The notes under the pieces are model-generated. The model saw only the letters and a program-made list of their open reading frames with translations, did not search any database and had not been told where the DNA came from. 64,000 nt of DNA from a phage: sequence record PX994957.1. The stretch is one strand, 5' to 3'. This document shows, piece by piece, positions 63,296-64,000 of the stretch (position 1 is its first letter; the number at the start of each line of letters is the position of its first letter). The position numbers and the translations under genes are program-made.

Positions 63296-63465
63296 ATATT
63301 AATTTCCAGGAGTTTTAAAATAATTCGCTTTTGCTTAAATATTTCCATAGTTAAATGACTAGTATCTTTTTGACCGATTCCAATGGCAAAACCTTTATTA
63401 ACAGCGAGTTCAATTAAATTATCAAGCTCACGTAACACTTCGTATTGTAACTCAAAACTATTCAT
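63292..63465 (-). CDS. 57-aa hypothetical protein
   Basis: ATG 63465 with SD AAGAAGGTAAACC; stop overlaps tk.1-type ATG (ATGA); absent from ORF track. Confidence 0.45.
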   Translation of the reverse strand: MNSFELQYEVLRELDNLIELAVNKGFAIGIGQKDTSHLTMEIFKQKRIILKLLEINI

Positions 63466-63668
63466 TTTGGTTTACCTTCTTTAACGAAATCAGGATAAGG
63501 ATAAAATCCTGAATAAAATCCTTCACCTTTATGATTGATGCATCCTTTATTAGAACAATAGCACCAATAATCGAAATCACAAGCCATTTCATCATTACAT
63601 AAAGCAAAAACAACCGGCCACTTACACTTTTCACAGTGGGCATTTTTAAGAATACTAGTTTGGCTCAT
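63462..63668 (-). CDS. Cys-rich small protein (probable zinc-binding)
   Basis: 68 aa from ATG 63668 with SD AAAGGTTACA; CEKCKW...CNDEMACDFDYWCYCSNKGC. Confidence 0.5.
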   Translation of the reverse strand: MSQTSILKNAHCEKCKWPVVFALCNDEMACDFDYWCYCSNKGCINHKGEGFYSGFYPYPDFVKEGKPK

Positions 63669-63877
63669 AACCATGTAACCTTTAAGCAATATTCTTCTAC
63701 ATGTTGTTTACGACCTTTCTTATCAATAAAGGTATATTCAACGAATGTTCCAATGTAGTCTTTATCTACATCATGTGGACTATTAATTGGACATTTAGTA
63801 CGGCAAATGCGTTCCCATTGACGAATAATTTCTGCTTTGTTTTTAGGATCAAACGGATGCGGGTAATGCACTTTCAT
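63665..63877 (-). CDS. hypothetical protein (tk.x-type)
   Basis: 70 aa; ATG 63877 with SD GGTGGATT. Confidence 0.5.
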   Translation of the reverse strand: MKVHYPHPFDPKNKAEIIRQWERICRTKCPINSPHDVDKDYIGTFVEYTFIDKKGRKQHVEEYCLKVTWL

Positions 63878-64000
63878 AATCCACCACTATTAAATCAATA
63901 TCAGGAGTAAACATGTCAATTAATTTAGAAACCTTATCCCAATCGCCGCCAGCGATACCACAACCTATGCGTGGAATGTAAATTACTGGTTTGAACAAAA
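63848..64000 (-). CDS. C-terminal fragment of an ORF entering from beyond the window end
   Basis: open frame to nt 64000, stop at 63848; ...FKPVIYIPRIGCGIAGGDWDKVSKLIDMFTPDIDLIVVDYESALPASV. Confidence 0.4.

Noticed and set aside
63458-63643. 61-aa hydrophobic ORF overlapping the Cys-rich ORF at 63462-63668
   Set aside because: Alternative frame of a better-supported gene with SD and ATGA coupling
1-64000. CRISPR arrays, tRNA or rRNA genes, integrase or transposase
   Set aside because: No regularly spaced repeats with unique spacers, no cloverleaf-like GC-rich 70-90 nt islands, and no recombinase-like ORFs were seen; the only repeats are promoter and terminator cassettes and the 47-bp junction repeat

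Overview
This window is a T-even (T4-like, Tequatrovirus) phage early/middle region, read almost entirely on the minus strand (transcription runs from high to low coordinates). Gene order matches T4 across its rIIA/rIIB coordinate origin: tk, rI, a hyperplastic nrdC-side block, nrdC, pin, 49, nrdD, nrdG, nrdH, 55, a-gt, 47, 46, rpbA, 45, 44, 62, regA, 43, imm, 42, uvsX, 40, 41, dmd, sp, 61, 56, soc, modB, modA, srd, dda, dexA, motB, cef, goF, 39, rIIA, rIIB, denB, ndd, 52, motA. Identifications rest on protein length, order and recognisable sequence as I recall T4; no database search was possible. The phage looks closer to T2/T6 than T4: gene 39 is one 605-codon ORF, a 280-aa GT-A-like glycosyltransferase sits at the beta-gt position, no dam-sized ORF lies between 56 and 61, nrdD is uninterrupted, and no homing endonuclease ORFs are seen. 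About 25 copies of a conserved early-promoter element, several MotA-box middle promoters, two late promoters and about 20 GC-rich mostly UUCG-loop hairpins punctuate the genes. No tRNA, rRNA or CRISPR was found. The most interesting uncharacterised candidates are an NTase-fold protein next to a P-loop ATPase (56488-58586), four consecutive 300-340 aa ORFs with coiled-coil tails (51065-55045), a 47-bp direct repeat bracketing a gene cassette (23500-23904) and a Cys/Ser-tailed protein (20464-20796); I cannot confirm that any is undescribed. Many starts in the ORF track are TTG/GTG read-through of promoters and were trimmed to the ATG behind a Shine-Dalgarno (SD) sequence; ORFs under 60 aa are missing from the track and were added where found.
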